Shown here in pieces: positions 37,310 to 48,496 of a DNA stretch of 64,000 nt (position 1 is the stretch's first letter; every line of letters begins with the position of its first letter). Where the stretch lies: positions 682,001 to 746,000 of the forward strand of contig NC_019977.1 in NCBI RefSeq assembly GCF_000328665.1. Direction: 5' to 3'. Source of the DNA: Methanomethylovorans hollandica DSM 15978. GTDB lineage: Archaea > Halobacteriota > Methanosarcinia > Methanosarcinales > Methanosarcinaceae. Both the position numbers and the translations under genes were made by a program. The notes beneath the pieces are model-generated. The model was not told the origin of the DNA, made no database searches, and saw nothing but the letters and a program-made list of their open reading frames with translations.

Positions 37310-37551
37310 TTAAAGCCGCCTCATCTAAATAAATCAAAGTAGTTTTGAATGAAATGTATCAATGCAATGGTAGCACATACTACCATCATACTGCTCTTCA
37401 TTGTGTATAGTCAGATATAAAACTATCGAATATTGTATCATTGATGTTATGAAGCACAGAACGTATGTGGCTGTTGACCATAATGTATTTAGGATATTTC
37501 TCATATCTTTTGTCAACTAATATCTCTTTAATCTCTTTGAAAGAACACACA

Positions 37552-38916
37552 ATGGTGAAAATAATGTCCGGTACTCCCGTGGTAATGACTATAGCAGGTT
37601 CAGACTCTGGTGGTGGTGCAGGTCTTGAAGCGGATATCAAGACCTTTGCAGCTTTAGGTGTACATGGTACCTGTGCAATAACTTCTGTGACTGCACAAAA
37701 CACCAGAGGTGTGCTCAGCATCTATGATCTGCCTCTTCATGTTATAAGTGAACAGATCAACGCTGTATGTTCTGATATGGATGTCAAGTGGGCAAAGACA
37801 GGGATGCTCTCCTGTGCTGAAATTATTGCCTTAGTGTCAAAAGAGGTGAGGTCCAATGGACTGTCTCTTGTGGTGGACCCCGTGATGGCAGCTGAAGCAG
37901 GAGGAGATCTGTTGCGCAAAGATGCTGTTAGGGTACTTAAAGAGGAGCTGCTACCTTTCAGTAAGGTAGTAACCCCTAACATCTATGAAGCACATACTCT
38001 CTCTGGCATAGATATTAACGATGTGAATGATGCAACGAAAGCAGCAAAAAAGATTGCAGAGTTAGGTGTGGATACCGTGGTAGTCACCGGTGGCCATCTG
38101 GACGCATCTGATGTTGTATATGAATCCGTTTCCGATAAATGCACTGTGATACCGGGCAAGTTCCTGGAAGGTGGTACTCACGGATCCGGGTGCACGTATG
38201 CTGCTTCCATTACCGCATTTCTGTCCAAGGGATATTCTATCGTCGAGGCTGCTATGCTTGCTAAATCCTTTGTGGAAAAAGCTATCATGAATAGTGAGAA
38301 GGTAGGGCACGGGGTAGGGCCGGTGAATCAGTTGGGTTCAATCCTCAAAGCATCCTATCGCTACGACACTCTCCTAAATACTAATTCAGCGGCAGAGATC
38401 CTGGTTTCATGTGATGAGTTCGGGAAACTCATTCCGGAAGTCGGATGTAATATTGCCATGGCTATCCCTGAAGCTACTGTAGTGGCAGATGTGGCAGGTG
38501 TCAGCGGACGCATCGTACGTGTAAGGGATAGGCCTTATATTGCAGGCAATGTGGAATTTGGGGGTAGCAAACATGTTGCAAGTATGGTAATTGCTGCTAT
38601 GGAATCAGATCAATCCTTAAGGGCAGCTGTTAATTTGAGGTACTCTGAAAAAGTTTTACATATCTGCAGGGGTATTGGACTTACTATCTCCTCTTTTGAC
38701 AGGGATGTTGAAGCTGAGCAGTCAGAAATGACTGATTTAGATGTCGTCAGTGCTATAAATAATTCCGGTTCTGCACTCTTGAAAAAAGTGCCAGACATTA
38801 TATATGACAAAGGTTGTCTTGGTAAGGAACCCATGATCAGGTTGTTCGGAAAAAGTGCTGTAGAGGTTGCTTATAAAGCAGTTGAGATCGCAAGGCTATA
38901 TTCCGGTATCACTTGA
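37552..38916 (+). CDS. thiD: bifunctional HMP/HMP-P kinase and thiamine-phosphate synthase (ThiD-ThiN)
   Basis: [24 protein letters not shown]-terminal IPEVG.NI, FGGSKH, GKEPM. Confidence 0.93.
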   Translation: MVKIMSGTPVVMTIAGSDSGGGAGLEADIKTFAALGVHGTCAITSVTAQNTRGVLSIYDLPLHVISEQINAVCSDMDVKWAKTGMLSCAEIIALVSKEVRSNGLSLVVDPVMAAEAGGDLLRKDAVRVLKEELLPFSKVVTPNIYEAHTLSGIDINDVNDATKAAKKIAELGVDTVVVTGGHLDASDVVYESVSDKCTVIPGKFLEGGTHGSGCTYAASITAFLSKGYSIVEAAMLAKSFVEKAIMNSEKVGHGVGPVNQLGSILKASYRYDTLLNTNSAAEILVSCDEFGKLIPEVGCNIAMAIPEATVVADVAGVSGRIVRVRDRPYIAGNVEFGGSKHVASMVIAAMESDQSLRAAVNLRYSEKVLHICRGIGLTISSFDRDVEAEQSEMTDLDVVSAINNSGSALLKKVPDIIYDKGCLGKEPMIRLFGKSAVEVAYKAVEIARLYSGIT

Positions 38917-39129
38917 ATCGATCTTATTGATGAGGAAGCTGACTCCGGGTAAGACTTTTAAAGTCTGGCTCTGTATAAATGCTCATAGATACACAGAACA
39001 ATAACCACATAGGAAACAGAGTTCGCGGGGATGAATTAATATCATTTTTCATTTTCTGTGTTCTCTATGAGCTCTTGTGGTTAAATTATGATGCAGTTTT
39101 TCAATGGGGCTGAAAGTTTGTTCTTTTAA

Positions 39130-39756
39130 ATGGATGAAAATATGCAAGACTTTATTATAATTGGACATAAAGCTGTGACTACGGGTGGCTTTTCACTTAA
39201 CGATATGCCTGGCTCTGCAGGAAGAATGGATATCCTCTGCAGATGTATCAATTCTGTTTTTTTCCTGTCTCATGATCTGAGAAGGGACGTGCAGGCACAC
39301 CTGCTACTTCTGGGAGAGTCTAATCCTCCCAGAGTTATACGTTTCAATGGCGAGAAAATACGGTATCTTAACCCGGATGAAAGAAGTGCAGGTGCATTGA
39401 TCAAAAAGGCATTGGAGCTAGACAATATCTCTTTTACAGAAACCCGTTCTACCCCTGGGGTTTGGGTAAGAGAAGCTGATCTGATCACTTTACTGAGAGA
39501 GTTTGCAAGTGATGGTCGCAAAATATTTTATTTCAGGGAAGATGGTGAAGATCTACGGCATATCAATGACGGTATAAAAGACGGCGTTTTCATCCTTGGA
39601 GACCATCTGGGGCTTACAGAAGATGAGGAGGAACTGGTACTCGGACTGTCCACAGGCACTATATCTGTAGGTCCGTTGTCATTGCATGCGGATCATTGTA
39701 TCATCCTTATACTAAATGAACTTGACAGGGTTATGGTCGGTCAGACAGAAAGATAA
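39130..39756 (+). CDS. trmY: tRNA pseudouridine-54 N1-methyltransferase
   Basis: GRMDILCRC, LNPDERS, FILGDH.G, SVGP.SLHADHCI. Confidence 0.92.
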   Translation: MDENMQDFIIIGHKAVTTGGFSLNDMPGSAGRMDILCRCINSVFFLSHDLRRDVQAHLLLLGESNPPRVIRFNGEKIRYLNPDERSAGALIKKALELDNISFTETRSTPGVWVREADLITLLREFASDGRKIFYFREDGEDLRHINDGIKDGVFILGDHLGLTEDEEELVLGLSTGTISVGPLSLHADHCIILILNELDRVMVGQTER

Positions 39757-39811
39757 CAGTTTTATCCTCGTTTGCCATTAGATGACCAGGATATAAATTC
39801 AGAGTGATCAG

Positions 39812-41104
39812 ATGAGTATATTAGATACTGTTAAAATGATAATCCATGAAGGGCCTATCTGTGACCATTGTATGGGTAGGCAGTTCGCAAAGTTATCTAC
39901 CGGCCTTACTAATGCCCAGAGGGGCAATAGTCTGAAAGTGGCACTTTCTATGGAAGGGCACCGGATACATAAAGAGGAAGGAGATGATTCTCTTCTCAGG
40001 GAACTTTCTCACAGCTGCAGTTATGCACGGAGGGTACTTGGTACAGACGGGGAAGACGAGCGTTGCTGGATGTGTCTTGGTCTGTTCAGTGAGCTCGATA
40101 AATGGGCGGACCTTGCAGTTACTGCACTTGAAGGTCTTGAATATTCCAGTTTTCTGGTAGGCACTAAAGCCAGTGGACTCCTTAGTGAAAATGAAGAGAT
40201 CCTCTGGAGCGAGTGTGGAATTTCCCATGCCGAGCAGTTAAAGACTGAGATGAACAGGGAAGTGGGAAAACTTATCGCATCCAGGACCGGTAAAGTAGTA
40301 GACTTTGAACGGCCTGAGATCGTCGTTATGCTTGATATTGCATCTGAAAAGCTAAGCCTGCAGATTAAATCTCTTTACATTCAGGGCCGCTATAATAAAC
40401 TTGTAAGGGGCATCCCACAGACAAGATGGCCATGCCGTAATTGTAGAGGCAAAGGATGTGAAATATGCAGTTTCACCGGAAAGCAGTACCCTGAATCTGT
40501 AGACGAGCTGATCAAAAAAGATGTTATTGATGCAGCATGTGCTGAAGATACTGCATTCCATGGTGCGGGAAGGGAGGATATAGATGCTCTTATGCTGGGC
40601 AATGGCAGACCTTTTGTGGTAGAGGCCATCAGCCCCAAAGTTCGTACCATTGCTCTAAAAGAACTTCAGGAGGCAATTAATTCTCATGCATCCGGTAAAG
40701 TGGAAGTACATGGGTTGCAGATCGTACCAAAGGAAATGGTAGAGAAGTTGAAATCCGCTCATGCGGATAAAGTATATAACCTTAAAGTTACATTCACTGA
40801 CCCAGTTTCAAAAGAAGAACTAATATCAGCACTGGAAAGTCTTTCAGGTGCAGAGATCCATCAAAGGACGCCTCAGCGTGTATCCCACAGAAGGGCTGAT
40901 CTAACCAGAAAAAGGTATGTGCATGTCATAGAACTTTTAGGTTTGGAAGCAGACCATGCGATGTTGAGGGTCAGGTGCGAAGGTGGTCTGTATGTCAAGG
41001 AACTCGTATCAGGTGATGAAGGGCGGACCCTTCCAAGCCTTACCGGGATATTAGGTAAGCAGGCAAAAGTTATGGAGCTTGATGTAGTGGACGTTGACAT
41101 CTGA
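39812..41104 (+). CDS. pus10: tRNA pseudouridine 54/55 synthase Pus10
   Basis: CDHC.GR, GRY.KL.RGIPQT.W, GAGREDIDA, QRTP.RV.HRR, GGLYVKEL. Confidence 0.95.
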   Translation: MSILDTVKMIIHEGPICDHCMGRQFAKLSTGLTNAQRGNSLKVALSMEGHRIHKEEGDDSLLRELSHSCSYARRVLGTDGEDERCWMCLGLFSELDKWADLAVTALEGLEYSSFLVGTKASGLLSENEEILWSECGISHAEQLKTEMNREVGKLIASRTGKVVDFERPEIVVMLDIASEKLSLQIKSLYIQGRYNKLVRGIPQTRWPCRNCRGKGCEICSFTGKQYPESVDELIKKDVIDAACAEDTAFHGAGREDIDALMLGNGRPFVVEAISPKVRTIALKELQEAINSHASGKVEVHGLQIVPKEMVEKLKSAHADKVYNLKVTFTDPVSKEELISALESLSGAEIHQRTPQRVSHRRADLTRKRYVHVIELLGLEADHAMLRVRCEGGLYVKELVSGDEGRTLPSLTGILGKQAKVMELDVVDVDI

Positions 41105-41146
41105 ACTATTATCCATTAATCACAATAAATACAACGGAGAAGAATT

Positions 41147-41431
41147 ATGTCACATGGTGAGAGACACTGTACAAGGTACAAATTGAAGAAGACCATAAGG
41201 GAAAGAGGTATTTCCCCAGTAAGTAAAGCAATTCAGGAATTCAATAACGGTCAGATGGTACACATAGACATCGACCCAAGTGTACAAAAAGGCATGCCAA
41301 ACCCGAAATTCCAGGGAAGCACGGGTAAAGTGGTTGGTCAGAGGGGAAGAGCTTATTTATTGCAGGTAAGGGATGGTAACTCTATGAAAGAGGTAATTTC
41401 CCTGCCACAGCACCTGAAACCTCAGAAGTGA
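41147..41431 (+). CDS. rpl21e: 50S ribosomal protein L21e
   Basis: [20 protein letters not shown]. Confidence 0.96.
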   Translation: MSHGERHCTRYKLKKTIRERGISPVSKAIQEFNNGQMVHIDIDPSVQKGMPNPKFQGSTGKVVGQRGRAYLLQVRDGNSMKEVISLPQHLKPQK

Positions 41432-41561
41432 TGGTAATTCTACCTTCACTGGCAACACTTTAAGCTTATTATCGATAGATATATCTTGATGAGTGAGTAT
41501 AGGAGATATATTATCGATATAGAGTTCCACATACTGTAGGATACATCAAGAGTGTATTTAG

Positions 41562-41915
41562 ATGATAGTAAAGAACATTCTAAGTGAAGAACTTCTGACC
41601 ATCTCAGAGGTCAGGGAGATGCTCAACGAGATCATGGAAGATCGTCTCAGTAATGGAGAAGAGCTCAGATATGAGCTACGTAAGGCTATCAACCATGCAG
41701 AGATGTTCTCCAGGATGAGCGCCCAGAGGTCACGGGAACTTGTTAACAAGCTCATGGAATTGGAAAAGATGAAACCAGAGATTGCTGTACGAATAGCTGA
41801 CATATCTCCCCGGACAAGGGATGAGCTCAGGACCCTGTATGCAAAGGAAAGGTACACTCTTTCGGAATCTGAGCTTGACTCGATGCTGGACCTGGTGAGC
41901 GAGGCAGTAGAATAG
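41562..41915 (+). CDS. rpoF: RNA polymerase subunit Rpo4 (F)
   Basis: AVRIADI.P...DELR; conserved position after rpl21e. Confidence 0.9.
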   Translation: MIVKNILSEELLTISEVREMLNEIMEDRLSNGEELRYELRKAINHAEMFSRMSAQRSRELVNKLMELEKMKPEIAVRIADISPRTRDELRTLYAKERYTLSESELDSMLDLVSEAVE

Positions 41916-41993
41916 ATTTATATTTGAATATTCCATTTTTATTTTGATTGTTGTACACAATCATTAGCTGTTAGTCTTACGGAAGTGTTTATT

Positions 41994-42590
41994 ATGTTGA
42001 CAAGGGGAAAATCGCCTGACAGAGAGGATTATGCGTGGATCATAGATTATCTGCCCTATGGAAGTAGTGTGGATTCCAAGCCATCCTATCAGAAAAAACC
42101 CCTGGTTCAGGCTGTAGGGGAAAAGCACTTTGTCCTCATGGAATTGGTACCAAAGGAAAATACAGTTCCTCAGATTGAGTCTAGGGTCTATATTGGCGAA
42201 GGGGATCGTGATGTTATCGATCATGTAAAACACAGGGTCGGTTTCAAGGACCTCAGCCATGGTTCCCAGCTAGAGCTTCCATACATGCTTGAGAAGATGG
42301 TGCTTCTTGATGAGCAGCGTTTTGTGGATTTCTTTAATGATGCACATCCTATTACCAATAGGTTGCACATGCTGGAGCTACTTCCGGGTATCGGAAAAAA
42401 ACTCATGTGGGCTATTATCGATGAACGCAAGAAAGGTACTTTCACCAGCCTTAAAGAGCTTCATGGAAGGATAGGGGGCCTGCACTCGCCTGAAAAGATC
42501 ATTTCCAATCGGATAATCGATGAGCTCAAGGATGATAATATCAAATACAGGCTCTTCACCATACCTCCCCGGCGTCCTAAACAGGAGTAA
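41994..42590 (+). CDS. DUF655 family nucleic-acid-binding protein
   Basis: DYLPYG, QAVGE..F.LMEL, LH.LELLPGIGKK (HhH). Confidence 0.9.
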   Translation: MLTRGKSPDREDYAWIIDYLPYGSSVDSKPSYQKKPLVQAVGEKHFVLMELVPKENTVPQIESRVYIGEGDRDVIDHVKHRVGFKDLSHGSQLELPYMLEKMVLLDEQRFVDFFNDAHPITNRLHMLELLPGIGKKLMWAIIDERKKGTFTSLKELHGRIGGLHSPEKIISNRIIDELKDDNIKYRLFTIPPRRPKQE

Positions 42591-42592
42591 GG

Positions 42593-43417
42593 GTGAGCAT
42601 ATCCTTGGTCCATAACATACTGCGCCATTATGGCATATACGGAGGACAGCATGACCAACATTTTCTTGTGGATGAGGGAATACTGGACAGGATAGTTGAG
42701 TCTGCAGATATTGTTCCCGGGGAGGTGGTCCTTGAGATCGGTGCAGGTATAGGCAATCTGACTCAACGTCTTTTGCATCTGGCCGATAAAGTAGTGGCAA
42801 TAGAGTTTGACCCAAAACTTGTGGCTGTATTGGAAGACAGGTTCAGGGGAAATGATAAACTCCACATCATCCATGGGGATGTTCTGAAGGTGGAATTTCC
42901 CATCTTTGATAAAGTGGTTGCTAACCTCCCCTATTCTATTTCTTCAGAAATAACCTTCAAGCTCTTTAAGCATGATTTTAAGCTAGGGATACTCATGTAT
43001 CAATATGAGTTTGCCCAACGCATGATTGCAAAGCCCGGATCAGGTGATTATAGCAGATTAACAGTGAACACTGCGTACTTTGCGGATGCCTCAATTATTA
43101 TGAAGGTTCCAAAAGGTGTTTTTTCTCCTCCGCCTCAGGTCGAGTCTGCAGTAGTAAAGGTTTGTCCGAGACCAGCTCCATTTACAGTAACAGATAAGGA
43201 TTTCTTCCTCAGGTTCGTTACAGCTATATTTAACAAAAGGCGCAAGAAAATAAAGAACTCTATTGTAGAAAGCAATCACATGTTAGGTATAAGTAATGTC
43301 AAACAGGTTGTTTCAGGGCTTCCTGAAGAGCTGATGGAATTGCGCCCCGAAAATCTGGATCCTGCACAGCTTGCAGCTCTCTCCAATATGATACTGGCAA
43401 TGCATCAGGAGTCATAA
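42593..43417 (+). CDS. rsmA: 16S rRNA adenine dimethyltransferase
   Basis: QHFL, LEIGAGIG, ANLPYSIS, MYQ.EFA.R. Confidence 0.95.
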   Translation: MSISLVHNILRHYGIYGGQHDQHFLVDEGILDRIVESADIVPGEVVLEIGAGIGNLTQRLLHLADKVVAIEFDPKLVAVLEDRFRGNDKLHIIHGDVLKVEFPIFDKVVANLPYSISSEITFKLFKHDFKLGILMYQYEFAQRMIAKPGSGDYSRLTVNTAYFADASIIMKVPKGVFSPPPQVESAVVKVCPRPAPFTVTDKDFFLRFVTAIFNKRRKKIKNSIVESNHMLGISNVKQVVSGLPEELMELRPENLDPAQLAALSNMILAMHQES

Positions 43418-44019
43418 TGCCTCACATCACTTACAGGAATGCCTGTGTGGAATTCGTGGATGATGTCTATGAGCCGGCAGAAGATTCTTTTTTGCTTGCA
43501 GATGCTGCCCTGGATCTTGCAAAACAAGGCATGAAAATACTGGAGATCGGTACAGGTACAGGTTTTGTTGCTGCTGTCCTGAAGGCAAACCTGGATGTGG
43601 ATCTGCTTGCAACAGACATAAATCCTTATGCTGTAAAGTGTGCCTGCAATAATGGAGTTCCGACCATAAGGGCGGATATGTTCTCTGCTTTTAAGTCTCT
43701 GAAGTGCTTTGATATGATCATCTTCAATCCTCCTTATCTTCCAACTCTGGAGGAAGATAAGGTTCCTGGCTGGCTTAACTATGCTTTCGACGGAGGCGTC
43801 GACGGTACGGCATCTCTTCACAGGTTCCTTGAAGGCTTGGTTTCCTATCTTTGTCATAAGGGAATTGTATTGGTGCTCGTTTCCTCACTAACTGGCATCG
43901 AAAAAGCAATATCGTGGATGGAAGGTTATGGTCTTGAAACCGAAGTTGTGGTCAAAGAAAAGTGCTTTTTTGAAGAACTGGTGGTCTTGAAAGGTATCCT
44001 TAAGGCTGGTCCGGAATAA
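43417..44019 (+). CDS. HemK2/MTQ2-family release-factor glutamine methyltransferase
   Basis: VYEPAEDSFLL, LEIGTGTG, FNPPY. Confidence 0.92.
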   Translation: MPHITYRNACVEFVDDVYEPAEDSFLLADAALDLAKQGMKILEIGTGTGFVAAVLKANLDVDLLATDINPYAVKCACNNGVPTIRADMFSAFKSLKCFDMIIFNPPYLPTLEEDKVPGWLNYAFDGGVDGTASLHRFLEGLVSYLCHKGIVLVLVSSLTGIEKAISWMEGYGLETEVVVKEKCFFEELVVLKGILKAGPE

Positions 44020-44040
44020 AATATATGTGACCTTTAAAGG

Positions 44041-44895
44041 TCACATAAAAGCATCTATCAACTCATCAAGAAGTGCATAGTCCTTTGGCCTGGTAATAAG
44101 AGTTCCTTCTTCAATTACACCAAATCCATCTTCAAGGACAGGTTTTTCTTTCTTGTAAAAAATCCCTGTAGGGATACGGTCTCCCCATTCCAGCGATCTC
44201 TCAAAGGCAGCTATCCGATCGTCTGGCACGTATCCTTCTTCATCGATCCTATATACTCTTTCTGAATACCATTTGAATGTGTTGAGTTTGTTAAAGGATA
44301 CGCACGGTTGAAGGATATCCACCAATGCAAAACCCCGATGGTTAATGGCTTCTGCAAGGATCTCTGTCAGATGCTCGATATTTCCTGCATATCCCCTTGC
44401 CACAAAAGAGCAGTCCAGGGAAATGGCAAGAGCAAGAGGATTTAGAGGTGTATTTACAACTCCATGTGTCTGGACCTTGGTCTTCATTCCAAGCTCACTT
44501 GTAGGGGATGCCTGTCCTTTGGTAAGGCCATATATCTGGTTATCGTTCACAATGGCAGTTATATTCGGATTACGTCTGATCGCATGGATCAGGTGATTGC
44601 CACCTTCTCCATAGGCATCCCCGTCCCCACCTACAGTGAGAACTGTTAACTCATGGTTTGCCAGTTTTGCTCCCGCAGCCGGAGGAAGTGTTCTTCCATG
44701 CAGTCCATTGAACGTGTTACATTTCAGATAATGAGGAAGCTTACCTGCCTGTCCTATGCCAGACACGATAAGAACTTCATGTGGTGCCTTTTCCAGTTTG
44801 ACCAGTGCCTTTTTTATAGCCTTAAGTATTCCAAAGTTGCCGCAGCCAGGGCACCATTCAGTTTCAATGTCGGGGTAGTCTTCCATTGTAACCAT
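44041..44895 (-). CDS. 2-oxoacid:ferredoxin oxidoreductase beta subunit
   Basis: WCPGCG, LHGR, GGDGD, YGLTKGQASPT, QPCVSFN. Confidence 0.95.
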   Translation of the reverse strand: MVTMEDYPDIETEWCPGCGNFGILKAIKKALVKLEKAPHEVLIVSGIGQAGKLPHYLKCNTFNGLHGRTLPPAAGAKLANHELTVLTVGGDGDAYGEGGNHLIHAIRRNPNITAIVNDNQIYGLTKGQASPTSELGMKTKVQTHGVVNTPLNPLALAISLDCSFVARGYAGNIEHLTEILAEAINHRGFALVDILQPCVSFNKLNTFKWYSERVYRIDEEGYVPDDRIAAFERSLEWGDRIPTGIFYKKEKPVLEDGFGVIEEGTLITRPKDYALLDELIDAFM

Positions 44896-46619
44896 CAGAT
44901 CACCTTCTTTTCTTGCAGGGCACGTATTATATATCCGGGAGTGAAAGGCATCCCATCATACCTTAACAGGTTCACATCGACAGATATGTCTGCTTCGGTT
45001 TTCAAAATCTTCGCGAACTGTCCAGTCGCATTACTCTCCACGCATACAGTTGTGCCCTTATTCAGCAGTATATTCCTTACCTCTTCTCTCTTCATGGGGA
45101 ATATGTGTGTAAAATGTACCAGGTTAAGACTTTGTCCTTCTTCATTAAGAAGGTCCACTGCCTCCTCAATAGGACCATATGATGACCCCCATCCTATAAG
45201 AGTAACATCTGCTTCCCGGGGTCCGTATACCTCAGGACTTTCCATTTCCATTGTAAGTCCTTTAAGTTTCCTCATTCTCTTTTCCATCATAAGTATACGA
45301 TTATCTGCTGTCTGGTCAATATGTCCCTCTTCATTGTGTTCGTCACTATCGGCAACTACCAAATGTTTGCTCTGACCGGGCAGAGCACGGGGTGAAATGC
45401 CATCAGGTGTGATACTATAACGCTTGTATGCGTCCATACTTTCCAGTTCACCATCTGATACCAGATGTCTGTCAGTGGTGATCTTTGAAGTATCGAACCG
45501 CTCACAAGTGAACTGGGTATCTGCAAGATATTGGTCACTCATGATAAACACGGGAATCTGATACTTATCAGCCAGATCAAAAGCCTTGACAGTCAGGTAA
45601 AATGCATCATCAGGTGTCTTTGGGGCAAGTATGCATCTGGGGAACTCTCCCTGGGAAGCATGCAATGCGAACAACAGATCTCCCTGCTCGGTCATAGTAG
45701 GCAGTCCTGTAGCAGGCCCGGGACGCTGTCCAAGGAATATTACGGCAGGGGTTTCTGTCATGCCTGCCAGTCCCAGGGCCTCAGCCATAAGGCTAAACCC
45801 GCCTCCAGATGTGGTGGTCATAGCCCTGGCACCCGCAAAGGAGGCTCCCAATACCATGTTAAGAGCACTGATCTCGTCTTCGGCCTGTTCCACTATCACA
45901 TTGAACCTGTCTGCATGTGCAGCCACAAAATTCATCACACCGGTGGAGGGGGTCATAGGGTAAGAGGCAAGGAACTGTACACCTGCCGCAAGTGCACCAA
46001 GTCCAGCAGCATCATTTCCATCAATAAGCATTCTCTGTGGTATTTTGCTGACCTTTTCAAAAGAGTATTTACATTTTCCTGCATAGTTTTCCTGTGCATA
46101 TTGGTAACCAGCTATTGCAGCATTGATATTGTTACGTATTACCTCTTCTCCTTTTTTTGCAAAAGTATGCTTTAGCACATCTTCCATAACTTCCAGATCG
46201 CCGCAGAGTAAACCAAGGGCAGCACCCGTGGCTACAGTGCTGGCATATAACTTGCTACCACCTATCTCTTTTGCTATCTTCTGGAAAGACACATCGAATA
46301 GTTGTTTATCATAGCTGGAAATACTTCCTTCTTCTCCGTCCAGGAGTACAACACCATCATGCAGTTCTTCCATGTATTTTTCAACAGATGTTCTATCCAG
46401 AGCTATCAGCATGTCCAGTCTGTCTGACATGGACCTTACAGGTTTGTCACTCACTCTTATCTGGAAGTAATTATTTCCACCTCTCACCCTTGATAGGTAA
46501 TATTGTGTTGAAAAAACGTGCAGTCCGCTTTTTTGGAACGTCTTTGACAGTATAAGTCCTATTGTCTGAATACCCTGTCCAGCTTCCCCTGCTATTCTTA
46601 TGCTCATATCGTGTTCCAT
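44895..46619 (-). CDS. 2-oxoacid:ferredoxin oxidoreductase alpha subunit (gamma-alpha fusion)
   Basis: GEAGQG, YPMTPST, QAEDEI, TTTSGGG, QRPGPATGLPT. Confidence 0.95.
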   Translation of the reverse strand: MEHDMSIRIAGEAGQGIQTIGLILSKTFQKSGLHVFSTQYYLSRVRGGNNYFQIRVSDKPVRSMSDRLDMLIALDRTSVEKYMEELHDGVVLLDGEEGSISSYDKQLFDVSFQKIAKEIGGSKLYASTVATGAALGLLCGDLEVMEDVLKHTFAKKGEEVIRNNINAAIAGYQYAQENYAGKCKYSFEKVSKIPQRMLIDGNDAAGLGALAAGVQFLASYPMTPSTGVMNFVAAHADRFNVIVEQAEDEISALNMVLGASFAGARAMTTTSGGGFSLMAEALGLAGMTETPAVIFLGQRPGPATGLPTMTEQGDLLFALHASQGEFPRCILAPKTPDDAFYLTVKAFDLADKYQIPVFIMSDQYLADTQFTCERFDTSKITTDRHLVSDGELESMDAYKRYSITPDGISPRALPGQSKHLVVADSDEHNEEGHIDQTADNRILMMEKRMRKLKGLTMEMESPEVYGPREADVTLIGWGSSYGPIEEAVDLLNEEGQSLNLVHFTHIFPMKREEVRNILLNKGTTVCVESNATGQFAKILKTEADISVDVNLLRYDGMPFTPGYIIRALQEKKVI

Positions 46620-46840
46620 TTTTTCCCCCTTTTAAGTAAGTTCAACGATCTTCCAATGTTATGCTCATATAGGGTCAAGATACAGATCCAAAATCAGTGT
46701 ATTAATTTATTGTAAATACTATTGAAGATATCAGCTTATATTATTTGCCCATAATTGCTCAGTTCAATACTTCAATTTTTTTCGCACTTGTTTTTTAAAG
46801 AAAGACTAATTATATATATCTTTAGTTATAATGTCTCAGG

Positions 46841-46912
46841 TATTATTATTATCATCGTCATCACCATTATTATTATTATTATTATTATTATTGTTATTTT
46901 ATTACTATTATT
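46841..46912. repeat. (ATT)n-type trinucleotide microsatellite
   Basis: TATTATTATTATCATCGTCATCACC(ATT)n...GTTATTTTATTACTATTATT ending 9 nt before the ATG at 46922. Confidence 0.9.
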
Positions 46913-46921
46913 CCTTCAAAT

Positions 46922-47740
46922 ATGGAGGCCAGTGATAGAATGGACCGCGTCCCCACAGTCATAGGAAATCTTGATAAAAAAATAGGTGGAGGCTACCCGC
47001 AAGGAAAAGGAATACTCTTGACAGGTGTTCCGGGTACTGGTAAGACTATATTTGGTCTTCATCTGTTGTACCAATCCTGTTCGGATGGTAAAAAGTGTGT
47101 GCTTATAGCAACTGAAGAATCTCCGGAGGACCTGCTGGAACAAGCGGGGATGCTTGGATTAAAGTTAGAACCTTTTATGGAAAAAGGTCTGCTTAGTATC
47201 AAGCAGGTCCTGGAAATAAGGGCAGGGGCAGTAGCCAGGGCAGCTCATATTGTGGATGGTTTCAATAACGCAGAGATCGATCTTATTAAAGAATGTGAAC
47301 TTGACATATCCTTCAGGCATGACAAGGCGGGTTTTAATATTGGTGAAATGGACCTTGTAGATGTGGTCAAATTAATTCCGGACGATACCAACGTAGTGGT
47401 GGTGGATAACTTGGGTGTGCTTGCTTTTGGTCTGGACATCAAACAGTTCAGGGATAAGTTCGACACTCTCAATCGCGTACTATCTGCTAAACAGATAACT
47501 GTAGTATATGTAATGGATGATGCTGCATATCAGTTAACTCATCAGATAGCTGATTATTCGACCCATGGAGCCATTAAGCTGTTCGTGAAGGAAAATCCAT
47601 ATACAGGAAAAATGGAGCGTTTCCTTAGCATCCCTAAGATGCGCAGTACAGCTATATCACTGGATTTTATCTTATTCGATATCACTGCCTCGGGAATCCA
47701 TATCAAAGGCTCCAAAGGCAAGCTCGTAGAAATGAGTTAA
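46922..47740 (+). CDS. KaiC/RAD55-family ATPase
   Basis: LD..IGGG.P, GVPGTGKT, ATEES, IPKMRST. Confidence 0.88.
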   Translation: MEASDRMDRVPTVIGNLDKKIGGGYPQGKGILLTGVPGTGKTIFGLHLLYQSCSDGKKCVLIATEESPEDLLEQAGMLGLKLEPFMEKGLLSIKQVLEIRAGAVARAAHIVDGFNNAEIDLIKECELDISFRHDKAGFNIGEMDLVDVVKLIPDDTNVVVVDNLGVLAFGLDIKQFRDKFDTLNRVLSAKQITVVYVMDDAAYQLTHQIADYSTHGAIKLFVKENPYTGKMERFLSIPKMRSTAISLDFILFDITASGIHIKGSKGKLVEMS

Positions 47741-47809
47741 ATTACGTTGTCGGGTTGAGCAAGCAAAGATGAGATGTTATAGTAAAAAAGTGAATGATTC
47801 CTGCCTGCT

Positions 47810-48196
47810 TCAGAACAGGTCTAGTATCCTTATGGCAAGATGTGCTGCATTTGCACCATTGTCAATACCTACACTTGCTACAGGCACCCCCGGTGGCATC
47901 TGGGCAATGGACAGTAACGCATCAAGTCCCATCATCTTTGCGCTCACTGGCACTCCTATCACAGGCTTTTTTGTTTTTGATGCAATTACTCCAGGTAATG
48001 CGGCAGAGAGGCCTGCAATTGCAATAAATACTTTTGCATTACTTCCTGCTATATATTCATCAAGTGTATCAGGGTTGCGGTGCGCTGATATTACCTGTAT
48101 GTCGTAAGCGTACTTGCTCTCATCCAGTACTCCTGTTACACGGTTGGCTATGGCCCGGTCTGATTCAGACCCCATTATGACTGCTATGTCTACCAT
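47810..48196 (-). CDS. purE: N5-CAIR mutase / AIR carboxylase
   Basis: [31 protein letters not shown]. Confidence 0.95.
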   Translation of the reverse strand: MVDIAVIMGSESDRAIANRVTGVLDESKYAYDIQVISAHRNPDTLDEYIAGSNAKVFIAIAGLSAALPGVIASKTKKPVIGVPVSAKMMGLDALLSIAQMPPGVPVASVGIDNGANAAHLAIRILDLF

Positions 48197-48208
48197 TATA
48201 TGCTTTCC

Positions 48209-48496
48209 TCAGGGGAATTTACCCTGTCCGCTAAGTTCCTGCTGGTGTTCTATGCTCATTTCGATAAGTATCTTAAATATCGATCTCACAGGATTTGTAT
48301 CAAGATTGAATTCTATAGCATTGTCTACTGCCCTATCAAGGACAACTTTGTTCTGGGCCTCGTCATTGATCGGCAGACCTGCTTTTCTCTTTGACTCGAG
48401 TACTTTCTCCGCAAGCTCCGTACGTTTCTTGATAAGATCAACTATGTTCCTGTCAATACGCTTTATCTCAACACGTACTTCTTCAAGTGAACTCAT
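48209..48496 (-). CDS. chorismate mutase (AroQ type)
   Basis: LEEVR.EI..ID..IV.LI..R..LA; adjacent to shikimate kinase. Confidence 0.88.
   Translation of the reverse strand: MSSLEEVRVEIKRIDRNIVDLIKKRTELAEKVLESKRKAGLPINDEAQNKVVLDRAVDNAIEFNLDTNPVRSIFKILIEMSIEHQQELSGQGKFP

Noticed and set aside
46755..46964. 69-aa poly-Ile ORF
   Set aside because: Translation artefact of the ATT microsatellite.
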